A DNA stretch of 63,028 nucleotides, counting the filler, from Octopus bimaculoides (lineage: Eukaryota): assembly GCF_001194135.2 (NCBI RefSeq). It is 8 parts of 8 records of this genome, joined end to end, with 100 filler letters (N's around TTAATTAATTAA, not from the genome) between each part and the next. Parts side by side here need not be neighbours in the genome. Positions count along the whole stretch, not along the records: positions 1 to 23,432 come from NC_069000.1; 7 more parts are not named here. One strand, written 5' to 3'. Position numbers and translations under genes: made by a program. Each line of letters starts with the position of its first letter. Within the stretch, counting starts at the first letter, position 1. Under the pieces are notes generated by a model. That model did no database searches. It saw only the letters and a program-made list of their open reading frames with translations, and was not told the origin of the DNA. Of this stretch, positions 1 through 13,112 are shown piece by piece.

Positions 1-51
1 TCCTTAGCACAAGAAAAAGACGTGTTGCCTCTCTGCAAAATGTCAGAAGTA

Positions 52-301
52 ATGGAGATTAAATACGCTTTACATCGCTTAAACTGCCAAAGGAGTAAGT
101 GTAAACAGCTGAATACTTGTCAGTGATTGGTTGAAATTATCGAAATAAGACAATTTTTTACATGAAATAAATTCGAATACAAAAATTTTTTTCTGTTCTA
201 TAACACAAAATAGATAAGTATACGAAGTTTGAAAGTCTTTCGGTACCAAAAACACTACATAAAACATAAATGAAAACTGGTGCCCCCGTTTTGAACAAGA
301 T
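52..301 (+). mobile_element. Right-hand part of a DNA-transposon/MITE, same family as 13432-13992
   Basis: Near-identical to 13741-13992, including the right TIR-like end (AAATGAAAACTGGTGCCCCCGTTTTGAACAAGATCC). The sequence upstream of position 52 differs and the left end lies outside the window. Confidence 0.75.
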
Positions 302-1619
302 CCAGCAGGTTCTTTCTCTCAGTCAGCAGTCATTGATATTGTTAACTGTAAATAGCCAACACCAAATATCTTCATGTCCGGCAATAACTATTTCAGTTAA
401 ACGTTCGCGAGTTTGTTTCAGTTATTATTCACGCAACCAACGAAATTATCTTCATTGATCAGCCTCAACACGAGTCACAGCAATCTATCCAGCAACAGAC
501 ATTTTTTGAACAAGAAAATTGTTGTTTTGAAGGTGATTTTGGTGTAATTGTATATTGAATATTGAATGCAGTGAGAAGTCTGGTGTAAAGGAGTATTTAG
601 AAGCTGCAAAGTATCAATGTTGTATGTTGCCGTTGGGTCCCTCGATTACAAATATAAATTCTTTAATTAAATTAAAAGATATGCTGATGAAGATAAATAG
701 CTGCAAAAATTGCAATAGCCTTCTATACTGTCCAGCATCTTCAGTCGTTCAACTCGATTGGTTGTTTGACAGAATTTCAGTTTTTTTTAAATTCTAAAAC
801 TGCAAGTATCATTTCTTGTGCTGAAATGAAATGTACAGCAATAATGATATATGTAATAGTTCCATGTTCCATTCCAAGGTTTGTCAAAGATCTGTGAGCC
901 TCCTCTTCATCCGGCAAATTAGCGAATGTTAGTAATCACAAAGCAAATTCCACTAAATTGTGTAATGTCTATAACCAGTAAATGTTTTACCGATAAAGTC
1001 ATTGAGAGTAAAATCGCTTCCAGGTGGGGTCTCGAAAACTATAGCAAGCTTTTGCAGTGAAACTCAGTAAAAGTTAATAGTTGGTAAGAAGTGCACAACT
1101 TTCGGCGACAAAACTTTTTGAGTTAAGAGAGTTCCCGGTATTTGTAAATGTATGGTTGAGTTAGCGTGTTGGCTGAATTGTTGATGCATACACCCAAGTG
1201 TGTGCATTTATTTATATAAAGATCTCAGATGAAGAATTTTTGGAATGTGAAGCTATGTAGAATCACATCCCTCTTTGAAAAATGCATTAAAAAAAAATTG
1301 GATTCCTACATTTTAGATGTCGGAGATTACGAATATGCCAACAAAACCACCTTTTCGAATTCCCCCACCCCCATTCCCTACCCACTCAATCTTAAATTTT
1401 GAACTTTTTTCGCATTTTTTTTTAAAACCACCTTTTCCAAATTCAAAATCCCCACCTCAACCTCCGTCATCTCGCTGTCATCGAAAACAGGAATCCACTG
1501 AAAAAAAAAAAGAAAAGAAAACCGGAAAGGCCGGTTTGGAGGTGGATGTGACTGTGCGCCAGGTCCGCCGAAGAGTGGGGGGCGGTGAAATTTGTAAAAT
1601 TTAAAATTGAGGTGGAGAT

Positions 1620-1785
1620 TTTAACGTGTCGGACAAAATACTTAACGGTGTTTCTTCCCGGCTCTTTACACTATGGGTTCAAGTTCCGTCGAGGTCAACT
1701 TTGCCTTTCATCCTTTCGGTGTCAATAAAATAAATAGTAGTTGAGCACTGGAATAATGGATCTACTCCTCCTCTATGCCAAAATG
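1620..1785 (+). mobile_element. Degenerate SINE, family B
   Basis: Contains GTTCAAGTTCCGTCGAGGTCAACTTTGCCTTTCATCCTTTCGGTGTCAATAAAATA, matching the other family B copies. Confidence 0.65.
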
Positions 1786-3253
1786 TGAAACCATTATATT
1801 TTATGGGTGATTCTCAACAAGAAGGGCAAGAGACGTGCAAGAACATTTCCGGCATTAGAGTGTCTCTGCAAAATATGCTGCATAACAACAACTTGATCAG
1901 AAGCTTCAAGACTGCACTTGAAACAGTTCCACCTGACTCCATGGATAACAAGGTAGTTATCAGATAAGACAAGAAACCACCTGGTCAACATGGAGGGAGG
2001 CTTAATGCGCCAACAGCAAATGAAATAGCTGTGCTTTTGGTTGGGCAAGAACATGACAAGCGTGTCATTGTCCTCCATCTCAGAGACAGCACACTGACAC
2101 AGTCCAACTACAAATGGAAGCTCCCAAAAAATACCACACTCACAGCATTCTTCAAGCTCTGTCAAAATGATGAATTTGCTACAAGACTGCTATACAATGA
2201 AATTGTATATCTGGTACCAAAGCAATTCTATACCTGGTACCAAAACAATTGGAAAAGACGTGCACTTGGAGCACCCACACATCATCCGGGAATCAAGAAA
2301 TCAGACACACTTGGCAGAGTCTTTGTTGTCCATCCCAACTACTCAGAGTGATACTATCTAAGGCTTCTATTACACCATGTCAAGGGACCCACATCATTTA
2401 CATCATTACGTACGTTTGATAACACAGTACGTCAAACATATCGCCAGGCTTGCCATCTCAGAGGTCTTCTGGAAGATGATGCACACTGGGATGCCACTCT
2501 GACAGAGGCACAAATGTGAAAGTCTCCTATACAGCTGGGCAACATGATAAGTGAGTATGTCTTCATTCCAAAGATACCTCTCATCTCAAATATTCTCCCC
2601 TTTCAGTTCAAGAGACCGCAGTTTCCTGTCAAACTTAGCTTTGCAATGTCTATCAACAAAGTACAAGGTCAATCTCTAAAGGTGGCGGGACTTAACCTCT
2701 TTCAACCTTGCTTCTCACAGCTGTCTGTTGGATGTTCTAGAGTTGGAGGTGAAACGAACCTCTACATTCCCAGTGATAAACATGGCAAGACAGAAAACAC
2801 AGTATATGAAGAAGCACTTACATGAATAGTAGTTCAATGTCATATACAGAAGTGTAAATCCATTGAGTGTTAAAGTATTACTATTACACTTTCACTTTTC
2901 GCCTGACATGCGTGAATGTATATCTGTGTGTATAAAAGTGAAGCAATAACGTAATATATTCGCTGTCTGTTTGTGTGTTCTACGCACGGCCTTTCATTGT
3001 CTATAATCTGTACCTGTTTTTTTTGGTTACGAAATAAGTTAGACAGACGTGTATTTACTTTATATACATATATGAGTTGAAAACTTCCTTTTCACATTTC
3101 ACTTAACGTCTATGTTCCATGTTGGCATGGGTTGCAGAGTTACATAAAAAGTTGGGATCTCAGCTACTAGCAGTTGAGACCTGCGTAATCTAGACGGCAT
3201 TTTAAAATTTCATTATTTTCTTTAACCCGGGCAACGCCGTGTATTCCTGCAAG
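1786..3253 (+). mobile_element. Internally deleted Helitron (Rep/Hel pseudogene fragments plus 3' terminus)
   Basis: Frameshifted peptides typical of animal Helitron RepHel: LYFMGD..LQNMLHNNN..FKTALE, LNAPTANEIAVLLVG, TTLTAFFKLCQND, GRVFVVHP..YYLRLLLHHVKGPTSF..LRT..GLLEDD..W, and helicase C-terminus FQFKRPQFPVKLSFAMSINKVQGQSLK..SRVG. The 3' hairpin ACCCGGGCAACGCCGTGT (3225-3242) is followed by CAAG/T (degenerate CTAG/T) at 3250-3254. Confidence 0.9.
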
Positions 3254-4040
3254 TTTTTAAATAAAATAGTAATTTTCCCCTTTAAGGAAAAAATAAAAAA
3301 AATATCAAGTACCCGTGATTCAAAAATATCTTATAAAAATATCAGAAGAAATTCTATTTTTTCAAGTCTACAGCACTCACAAAGAAGAAAGTAAAATAAA
3401 AAAGAAAAGGACGGACAGCGGTGACAGGATTCTTTGAAGTGTCGACATTTTCAAAATTTAATTTTTTTTTTTCATCTTTAAAGAGGAAATGACTATCTTA
3501 AATCAGATGGCAGGAAAACAAACTTTGAGTTTTAGTATAATATAGGTAGATAGATGTATGTTCATTTTCATTTTCACTTTTCGCTTTTACGTCATAAAAA
3601 GTTCATACAGAAGCAATAGAACCCCGATGATTGACAGCATGATAATCAAAACCATCAAACATGGCACCTCATTTGACAGCTAACTATCTGGACAAACTAG
3701 TAGAGCCAACGACAATTCTTTGATTGATAATTGATAGGGAAGTTGTATATCGACACCGTGGCACTTCTTCAAGAACGTACTTTTTAGAGTTCCTTAGTAC
3801 TATACCCAGACCGGTGCAAAGTTAGTAATGACTCGAAACCATTCTAGTAATAAGTGCTAAATATATATGATTTATGTGATTACGAGTATATAGTTTTAAA
3901 TGCAGAGTAGGATGAACTTACACGCAACAGAACAGAAATGAATTAGAACGATTTATGTGAAAGGTAATTCTGTATCAGTCTTGTCTTTACTTTTAATCAA
4001 TTACAAAAAGGTTCCCCCAAAATCATGAGATCATGCTTAC

Positions 4041-4232
4041 CGGTCCTCTTTGACTTTCGCCCCTCAGCACGGACTTGACTATACCAGCGGATAGCCAATG
4101 TCCATACATCCATCCATCTACTAGCATATTTGTGATAAAATATTTCGCTTTATCGATTTCAGCAATAATCGGCTCAAAGTTATTTTGGATTACAGCCCGC
4201 CTCCTAGAACATAGTGAACACCACACCATCTT
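4041..4232 (-). other. Candidate orphan coding exon (192 nt, phase 0-0)
   Basis: TTTAG acceptor, 64 open codons (KMVWCSLCS...GESQRGP), strong CCG/GTAAGC donor. No recognisable homology. Confidence 0.2.
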
Positions 4233-4623
4233 CTAAAGGCGTTTCTCATGAAATTATACCTATAAATCACATGGCTTCTAGCAATTGAACAAGATTCAAA
4301 TTTCTTTTTTTTATTTAAAAAAACAACAACAAATGACTTAAACCATCATAGTGTATTGACCTGAAAACGGGGTAAAGTGAAAGATTGGTTTGAATTTACC
4401 TGAAGAAATATGGAATGAAGACTTTTACTGTTGTTTGACATCTGCGGATATTAGAAGAGGGAATATCCATTATAAAAATTAGAACAATTTTTATTGTGTT
4501 AAACTGATGCAAATACGTGTATTTTTATTATTTAATCAATCTCGAATATACGAAAATTATTTTGTAATTCTCCACTTGTATATGATTTTTGTAATAGTTA
4601 AACCAATTTTTTTCTTTCGAACA

Positions 4624-4662
<39 letters not shown>

Positions 4663-4663
<1 letters not shown>

Positions 4664-4971
4664 CACGAATGACGATGGATACACCTAAGAGGTTTCCCCT
4701 CCGGAGTACAAATCTGGGCGGTAAGTCGCTTCACAGGCGAACGCACAACCTGGGGCTGTTTTTATGGAAGACAAGCAGTCGCCCATGCATACCAGCCTTC
4801 CTTCTCCATGCCACCGATGTTATCCAAAGGAACGGCAAAAGCCGATACAACTTGGCACCAGTGATGTCGCAACTCATTTCTACAGGTGAGTGAACTGGAG
4901 CAACGTGAAATAAAGTGTCTTGCTCAAGAACACAACACGCAGCCCGGTTCGAACTCACAACCTCACGAGCT
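4663..4971 (-). mobile_element. tRNA-derived SINE, family A (head truncated by gap)
   Basis: Reverse complement of 5839-6162 and 36105-36441 (TTCTTGAGCAAGACACTTTATTTCACGTTGCTCCAG core). Confidence 0.85.
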
Positions 4972-5838
4972 NNNNNNNNNNNNNNNNNNNNNNNNNNNNN
5001 NNNNNNNNNNNNNNNNNNNNNNNNNNNNNNNNNNNNNNNNNNNNNNNNNNNNNNNNNNNNNNNNNNNNNNNNNNNNNNNNNNNNNNNNNNNNNNNNNNNN
5101 NNNNNNNNNNNNNNNNNNNNNNNNNNNNNNNNNNNNNNNNNNNNNNNNNNNNNNNNNNNNNNNNNNNNNNNNNNNNNNNNNNNNNNNNNNNNNNNNNNNN
5201 NNNNNNNNNNNNNNNNNNNNNNNNNNNNNNNNNNNNNNNNNNNNNNNNNNNNNNNNNNNNNNNNNNNNNNNNNNNNNNNNNNNNNNNNNNNNNNNNNNNN
5301 NNNNNNNNNNNNNNNNNNNNNNNNNNNNNNNNNNNNNNNNNNNNNNNNNNNNNNNNNNNNNNNNNNNNNNNNNNNNNNNNNNNNNNNNNNNNNNNNNNNN
5401 NNNNNNNNNNNNNNNNNNNNNNNNNNNNNNNNNNNNNNNNNNNNNNNNNNNNNNNNNNNNNNNNNNNNNNNNNNNNNNNNNNNNNNNNNNNNNNNNNNNN
5501 NNNNNNNNNNNNNNNNNNNNNNNNNNNNNNNNNNNNNNNNNNNNNNNNNNNNNNNNNNNNNNNNNNNNNNNNNNNNNNNNNNNNNNNNNNNNNNNNNNNN
5601 NNNNNNNNNNNNNNNNNNNNNNNNNNNNNNNNNNNNNNNNNNNNNNNNNNNNNNNNNNNNNNNNNNNNNNNNNNNNNNNNNNNNNNNNNNNNNNNNNNNN
5701 NNNNNNNNNNNNNNNNNNNNNNNNNNNNNNNNNNNNNNNNNNNNNNNNNNNNNNNNNNNNNNNNNNNNTACCAATTATTTTTGTTGGTAGTTAATTTATT
5801 ATTATTATTATTATCATCATCATCAATATTATTAATGT

Positions 5839-6177
5839 GAAGGCGCATGGCTCAGTAGTTAGAGCGTCGGGCTTACGATCTCGAGGTTGTGAGTTCGATT
5901 CCCTGACCGGGCTGCGTGTTGTGTTCTTGAGCAAGACACTTCATTTCACGTTGCTCCACTTCACTCACCTGTAGAAATGAGTTGCGACGTCACAGGTGCC
6001 AAGCTGTATCGGCCCCTTTGCCTTCCCCTTGGATAACATCAGTGGCATGGAGAAGCTTGGCTGGTATGCATGGGCGACTGTCGGTCTTCCATAAAAACAA
6101 CCTTGCCCAGGCTTGTGCCTGGGAGGGTAACTTTCTAGGTCAGTCATGAGCGAAGGGGATCTCATCATCATCATCAT
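5839..6177 (+). mobile_element. tRNA-derived CORE-like SINE, family A, with (CAT)n tail
   Basis: A-box TGGCTCAGTAGTTAG, B-box GAGTTCGATTCC, CORE-like TTGAGCAAGACACTT, and a shared 3' body. Confidence 0.88.
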
Positions 6178-7264
6178 TAGAGTGACTAATACCTTCTGAG
6201 TGAAATTTAATAGATGGAAATTGTGCCAAAGTACGTTGTATATGTTTATGTTCGTTTACAGGTATCGAGTTGCTTCCCTTCGTCCTCCCTCCCGCCCCCA
6301 AAAACCCCGGTAGCGTAGCTTTTCGTTAAATAGATACTAAAATGATTGATTAAAAGCCATGAAGGCGGCAGCCTAGTAAAAAAAAAATGTTTTTTTCACT
6401 TTGTACACTAAACGTAAATATTGTCCAGATTAAAAAAAAAAAAAAGCAGAGATAATTGAGAAGAGCAAAGTAATGTCCGAAACTTATTAAAAATAAGAAA
6501 TATAACAACGTAAGAAGAAAACATTAGCTTCTTCATTTGTCAGTTGTCCAAGCAACAGAGAAGCTCCGCAGCATGAAGTCAACAACGTTTCTGATTGGTG
6601 AAAACAATATCTGCTGCTAGGGTGATATCTCTCTCCCTCTCTCACACTTACTCTTTTATTCTTCATACTCTGGTTGAGTGAGAGTGAGAGAGAGAGACAC
6701 ACACAGTCGTTGGAAGAAAGAGAAAGCTAATGGTTTAAAGAGAGAGTTCTATAAAGTGAGCGATAGTAAGAGGGGTAAAGATAAGTAAAAAACAGAGAGA
6801 GAGAGAGTATTATATAGAAAGGTAATAAGATAGAAAGGGGAAACGACAGAGATTAAGTGAGGAAGTAGGAGACGAAGGTACAGACGAAGGAGAGGGGTAC
6901 AGCAGATAAAGAGTATTTAAAAAGACAGAAGGGAAAGCGAGTTATATAGAAGGACAGAATAAAAGAGAAAGAGATAAAGAAGGGGGAAAGAGAAAGACAG
7001 AGTGCTACAGAGATGGAGAGAAAGAGAATAAGCTATTCACACGCACCAGAACGGCTTTGTAAAAGTTTCAGGAATTTCACTACTGTATCATTATCTAATT
7101 CATCTAAAATATAATTGAAAGAGAAGTTCCATTAATACTGAAACAATTGTATTTTCCTGTAAAGTGAACGATACAACGTGTACTTGTGAATTACTTTCGC
7201 TACACATACACACGTATATGTATATACGTAATATATATACATACACACATGTATGTTCTTTTGC

Positions 7265-7987
7265 CCCGTCAGCCCGGATAGAACAGGCCTATGCTAAAGT
7301 GTCCTGCCTTAGCCATTTCGTATAGGGGTATATCTGGTACATTACCCTGTGTCGCTCTCTTTTTAGGTCTGGGTAATTCAAAGGAATTGAGCTGTTATTT
7401 CTAGCGGTTCAAGTGACTGCCTTCGTTGCCTTGCATGTATGTTATCATTCATGTAGTACAGCTATTTGATTCAATTGATCAATCTCTTTAGAAATCGCCT
7501 GTTGGTAATCGCAAGAGTAACCTGCTTTTCACCAAGTAACATCCGAGTTTTATCTCCTCTTGATCACGAACTCTTTTCCTCTTAATTTTCTCCCGTTAGA
7601 TTATTCACACCACATCATAACACATTATATACATCCATACAGGCATATACATACATCTTTGAGTGTGTGTGTGTGTGTGTGTATACATACATACACGCAC
7701 ATATATATATATATATATTTATAAAATCAACCAATACTAAAACTTTCCAAAATTATAATAGACAGAGTATTTATATGCATATATAAAGATTGAGAAATTT
7801 AATTCATATACCTTAGCTTTCTCCCTTTCTCTCTGTACTCCTGTCTTAGTTTTTATTCCTTGAAAGCAACTGGAGGCATGTCGACCAGTGTCGAAAGACA
7901 GTTTAAAGAGCATGATCAGAATGGATTATGGAATGGTGTCTTTAAAGTAAGTATTATTTATCTATAAATTAATCTATGTCTTCTCTT

Positions 7988-8026
<39 letters not shown>

Positions 8027-8135
8027 AAATTGCAACAAACGTCACCATTATTAATTGATGTCTTAATCTGTTAATTTCTGGAACACTTGCTCTCGTAGCA
8101 AGCATTCGAACTGATAAAACCAGTATTTGAAATGT

Positions 8136-8176
<41 letters not shown>

Positions 8177-10960
8177 CATATGTGTGTGTGTATATATACA
8201 TATGTGTGTGTGTATATATACATATGTGTGTGTGTATATATACATGTGTGTGTGTATATATACATGTGTGTGTGTATATATACATATGTATGTATATATA
8301 TATATATATGTGTGTGTGTGTATATATATATATATATGTATATACATATATGTATATATATATATATATATAGATATACATATACATGTGCACACACGTA
8401 CAGTGTAACCAGTATACACGTACGCACATGTATATTTACATACGCTTATATGTATACACACATACATCAATCACACACGTATAAAATACACGTATTTTTT
8501 CAGTTTCATTATTTTCTAGCTATACCGGTTTTTACATGTTTAAACATAACATATATTCGTTTATATACCTAGTTTTCCTGGTCTGTCTATTTATCTATTC
8601 TCTTTCTCTCTCTCTGTCTCACACACAAAACAAAAACAGTATGTTTCTAACCTATAAATTCTTAAACTATACAAGCTATTACTCTTTTTTTCCGTGACAC
8701 CAGAATTCTTGTCTTTTAGAATCGCGGACATGTTCCAAAGTTCATAATATGAAATGCCAACAATTAATGAGTTAATCATAACCATGTTACTATTATATAT
8801 ATATATACACATACACTTTTAGGGACATGTTTATCTGTCAGACACGGTTTGGGAAAGCCCCTCTCTCTACTTCAAACACTGATCTGTATCGCTCTACTTA
8901 TTTCATGTTGTTTCATCCCCTATTCGACATGGTGGCAGCTCCTTCATTCCGTTTTCTGTGTAACAAAGGGCGGGTAGGGCTGTGCAATAGTCTACCCTCC
9001 TCGCTCAGCAATCCGGTAGATAGAACAGACCGGGATTCCCTCATGTGGGTTGTGTGTGTGCAACACAAATGAAGGTGTTTATTGTCAGTGTGTAGATTAT
9101 ATTTGTTCATAGTTGCTGTATTTATTTTAATTTACCACTCGGGTATTTCTTTCGAAGCGATCTTGCAGGCGACAGAAGAGAAACTCAATCGCTAGCTAAT
9201 CTCCTCTCCAGCTTGGAAGAAATAGCGATACTTAAGCAACATGTATTGACTACTCTTTCTCTCGTTTGTAAAAATCATTCGCGATTTGGTTTGCTTAAGA
9301 TTTTGGTTTAGATGCACGTGTTGGGAATCCCTGATAGGAATGTTGATGTAATTGTCTTTAAAATAAGATGTGGTTGCTATTGCGATTTATTTAGCTCCAG
9401 GTCAGTTCTGATGGGGCAGGGATTATGATGAGGATGATACACGTTCTATTTCTAACACCTTTTTTTTTTCCACACAAGGTCTCTAGGACTACATTATCCA
9501 ATATCTCACGTGTCTTCATTTTGTAACAGTAAGAATGATTTGTGAAAGATTTTACTGCTATTTCTAGCAGGTCGAATGACCACGTGCAGGGTTCCTCGTG
9601 AACTCCTTAACTGAAGTAAAGCTTGTTTGTTATCCCCACCTCTTTGTGGACATGTGATTGTGACCTTTATTCCATGTCATCTAGATTTAGAATCTAGACT
9701 AGACGAACTCGGTTGTTTGACCTCATGTCAGCTTTGATCCAGCCGACCTTTGATATAAGGCATTCCAACCGTGATCATCCCCATAATTTTTTCAGTGTTA
9801 TCTCGAATTACATTAATTTATCCTTCCACTCAATGATTGAAGGGTGTGCTTTGAAGGAAAATTGACTACTATTTCTCAGTCAATCAAACGACCGTGAAAA
9901 GTCACACTAGTTGTCGGTGTCACATTTCTTTACCCTTGTACACAATGTTGGTCTACTTTTTCTCGTTCATACAGTATGTCTCATGATCGGTTGTGATTGA
10001 TGTTAAAATAGAACATGGGAAAGCTGTGAAGCAGTCCTTAAGGCTCTCGGAGAAATAAATAAATTCTTTTATACTCTATACTTCTTCCCTTTAGTTTGTA
10101 AATGTAATCGTTTATATGATTGTGTATGTGTGGAGCAACGTCCCGCCTTGTGTGTGAATTTTCCGTTTGTTCCTTTGTTGTGTTTTTAAGGACTCTATGT
10201 AATTTCGGTTGCATACAAATTACAGTTTCTGTAGGGTCTCGCATACGAAGAATTGTGTTGAAACGGATGTTTCAGTCTTATCAGACCTCCTCAGTAAAAC
10301 CTTTTCTACTATATTTTAAAGAGACCAGAATATGTCCGTTGTTTTCCCCAATCTTCGTTGTCTATATTGTCCAAAAATTTCGGATCAATTCAACCACCCT
10401 ATTGGAGTTATATCCCTTGTTTTCGGAAATAAGGAGATTTCTTTACTAATTGCTTGGATAATCTCGGCTTACTTTATGTGTAAGATCCCAGCATATTTCA
10501 AAATGTATAAATAAGTCATTGCGTTGTCATAAAAAGCTTTTTGTGGTCGTCTTGAGAAAAATCGTCTGTCCTAGGTGACGAGAAATTACCGCCATTTCAT
10601 AGCATTTACGGCGCCAAGACCACGTTCTTTTCTTTTGTCTAAATATTTTTAGTCAAATAAAAACATGCTGTTAAGAAAGTTAAAAAGAGGCAAAAACAAA
10701 TCACTTGAACCAAATGTTAATTTATTTCTGTCTTTATAATTACATGAATCACTGTTAATATGTTGAGAACCGAGGTTATCCCTGATCTGGCAGTGAACGT
10801 TTTTTTTAATGTTTTTCTTCCAGACATAGTGTATCTAGAATTGCAATCTCCAATGTGTTCAGTTTTTTTGTTTTGTTTTAACAAAGCAATGTGTTATTCG
10901 TGGGAGATTTAACTACTTTATCTAACAGGTCGTGTGACGAGTATAGGCTCTTTTTTGTTG
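7265..10960. repeat. Four degenerate copies of an old dispersed repeat (about 7265-7420, 9385-9600, 9715-9895, 10775-10960); a related piece lies at about 35890-36050
   Basis: Shared motif GCTATTTCTAGCAGGTCGAxTGACC and an upstream GGTCAG/CTGAT..CAGACCT..ATTCCAxCCxTGA motif. Confidence 0.5.
7981..8480. repeat. Compound (TA)n/(TG)n microsatellite
   Basis: Directly visible. It generates the spurious YIYI/CVCV ORFs. Confidence 0.95.
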
Positions 10961-11811
10961 GCTCGTGCCAAAAATGTTATCTATACAACATTGCTGTTTT
11001 AACAAATAAATAAATTTTGAATTGAAAAATCAAATCCAAACTTCCTAGTTAACTAAATAACTTGTGAGGAAGTAGATAGTTTCTTTTAAATTCCAGAGCT
11101 GCCTCGATTCGAACGCAACTTTGGAACCAGCACGCCTTAGGCGTTGCTATGAAAATCATACAAGTTAGAAAACTGAAAGCAGGAAACGGAAACATTTTCT
11201 GGTTTCTTAGTAACTGTTGTGTTTCTCAGAATTTGACACAAAACTTCAAACTTCTCTAGTATCCTATTCAAAGAAATTTTAGGAAAATTTTCTCGTACTT
11301 ATTCATACGCATTTTGACCTTATTGCAAAATTATGAAAGTAATGCGTGTACAATAATGAAAGCATTAGTTTCATTTTCATGATGAATATGTTATTTCAGA
11401 CGCAAATAAATTTATACAGTTTTTTGTATGTCTCTTGTGATCCATTTGAATCGAAAGCGTTGTGAACTGGTATTATTAAATTTTTACACTTCATATTACT
11501 TTCATTATGTTGCTCTTGTAATTTGTAATAGAGCCCCAACATTTATTTAGGATTGATTTTCTTCGAATTTTCTTTTAAATAACCCGTCATCAAATATTTG
11601 TATCTGAAAATGTCTGTATGTGTGTGTATAAAATCACTGATAATATTATCAACGGTTATTGTTATAAAAATTAGTTGGTTCAAACACTTTATTTCAAAAT
11701 TAACTAAAATACTGGAATTAAAAAAACCCAGATATTAAACTTTTCAAGTAAACCACTACACTATCACTACCTATGATTTCTATGATAATCAGAGCAACAG
11801 ATTCACTGGTT

Positions 11812-11948
11812 GTGGAGACGTTGTAAGGTGCTGGAATCATATGGTGGTGCTGGTAGTGGAGACGTTGTAAGGTGCTGGAATCATATGGTGGTGCTGGTAG
11901 TGGAGACGTTGTAAGTTGCTGGAATCATATGGTGGTGCTGGTAGTGGA
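11812..11948. repeat. Minisatellite, 44-bp unit x3.1
   Basis: GTGGAGACGTTGTAAGGTGCTGGAATCATATGGTGGTGCTGGTA units start at 11812, 11856 and 11900, with a partial unit at 11944. Confidence 0.95.
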
Positions 11949-13112
11949 AGTACTGGTGTACTAAGATGGCTGGTATTAGAGTTGCTTGGTGTACATCAGG
12001 AATCATCTTTAAGGTTGGCTGTGAGCGAGCACGAGAAGGAACATCGGTCATAGTTCTGTTTCCCTTATGAAATCTTTGAGAGAGTTCAATGAAATTCTGA
12101 TTTCTAAATTTATTCACACTATGTTATTGTTTTCTACTTCATGTAAAGTGTCTAAATGCTATTATTACAAAACACTCCTCAGTACAATGATGGAACTAAA
12201 AAAAAAAAAGCAAAGGACTAGAAATATTGAATGTCTGTGGATAAGTAACCCAAAATGAGTCAGTGCAGTTTCTGTTTATTTAAAAATTCCACAGCCACTG
12301 TTTGAGATTTTAAAAATCGGATCAGACATTGAAAAATCACCATTTAATAATGAGAACATAGATTGTTTAGAGAGTAATATCTAGTAAAGATAGTAAAATT
12401 GAATCAACATTGAACATCAGTTTGGTAATGCTTGTGGAAAGAATGCTTCAATTAATGGACTGCTGATGTGCTGAAAAGCAGAAATGTTTGGTAAAGAAAT
12501 GGGTAAAAAAACGCCTCACACCAACTGATGGATAGTTTAACAGGCAGAAAAGTGAGAAAATATTGTATACAAATGTGTTCATAGTGAGGAGAGTTAAAAC
12601 AAAATGGTAAAATCTAAATGCAGATGTAACAAAGCTTTGTTTTCATGCATTGCCCAAGCATACTTTCCCATTTAAGCACAAAAATGCCAAAAGTTTTGAA
12701 TCTTTAAAAGATCAAGTTGTAGTTCTTTGTCCTAATATGAAGGGACTAAAATGAGAGCTTTTAGTTAGTGAAAAAGTAAAAATCTTTGTTTCAAGTGTTA
12801 AAAGTTCATTTGTTTTAATGTAAAATGCATGGGTTATTACAAAATTCTTAACAACTGATTAAGTGGAATTTGAAATTTAAGTTTAAAAATGTCTAGTTGA
12901 CAACTATATATCAAATGGATGTCTTATAAAACTATTCTGCTCATACAATAACAGCCATCCCAACAATCCAACACACCTCCATCATCAGCTGCCCCATGGA
13001 TATCACTATGGTTTCAATATTATGGCAAGTATAAATTTGTCATTCAAGAACATCTTGTTTCAGTCACTACATCATTATAATTCAACTATATGTCCAAGGC
13101 ATCTTATAGGCT

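Noticed and set aside
540-1200. Possible decayed coding sequence (minus strand, e.g. RLLQFLQLF..EGPNGNIQH)
   Set aside because: It has multiple stops and no motif I can assign. It may be an old transposase, but I cannot support that.
5839-5910. tRNA-like sequences here and at 36105, 36580, 37027, 19300-19378 and 33713
   Set aside because: They have A and B boxes but no complete cloverleaf with acceptor stem, and they continue into SINE bodies. These are SINE heads, not tRNA genes.
10040-10620. Possible LINE C-terminal remnant on the minus strand
   Set aside because: Too degenerate, with no diagnostic motif recovered.
11119-11130. TTGGAACCA (reads WFQ on the minus strand) as the Gbx homeobox
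   Set aside because: It continues SCVR rather than NRR, and the upstream residues do not match helix 3.
11812-11948. CRISPR-like array
   Set aside because: The units are contiguous with no unique spacers, there are no cas genes, and the context is eukaryotic.
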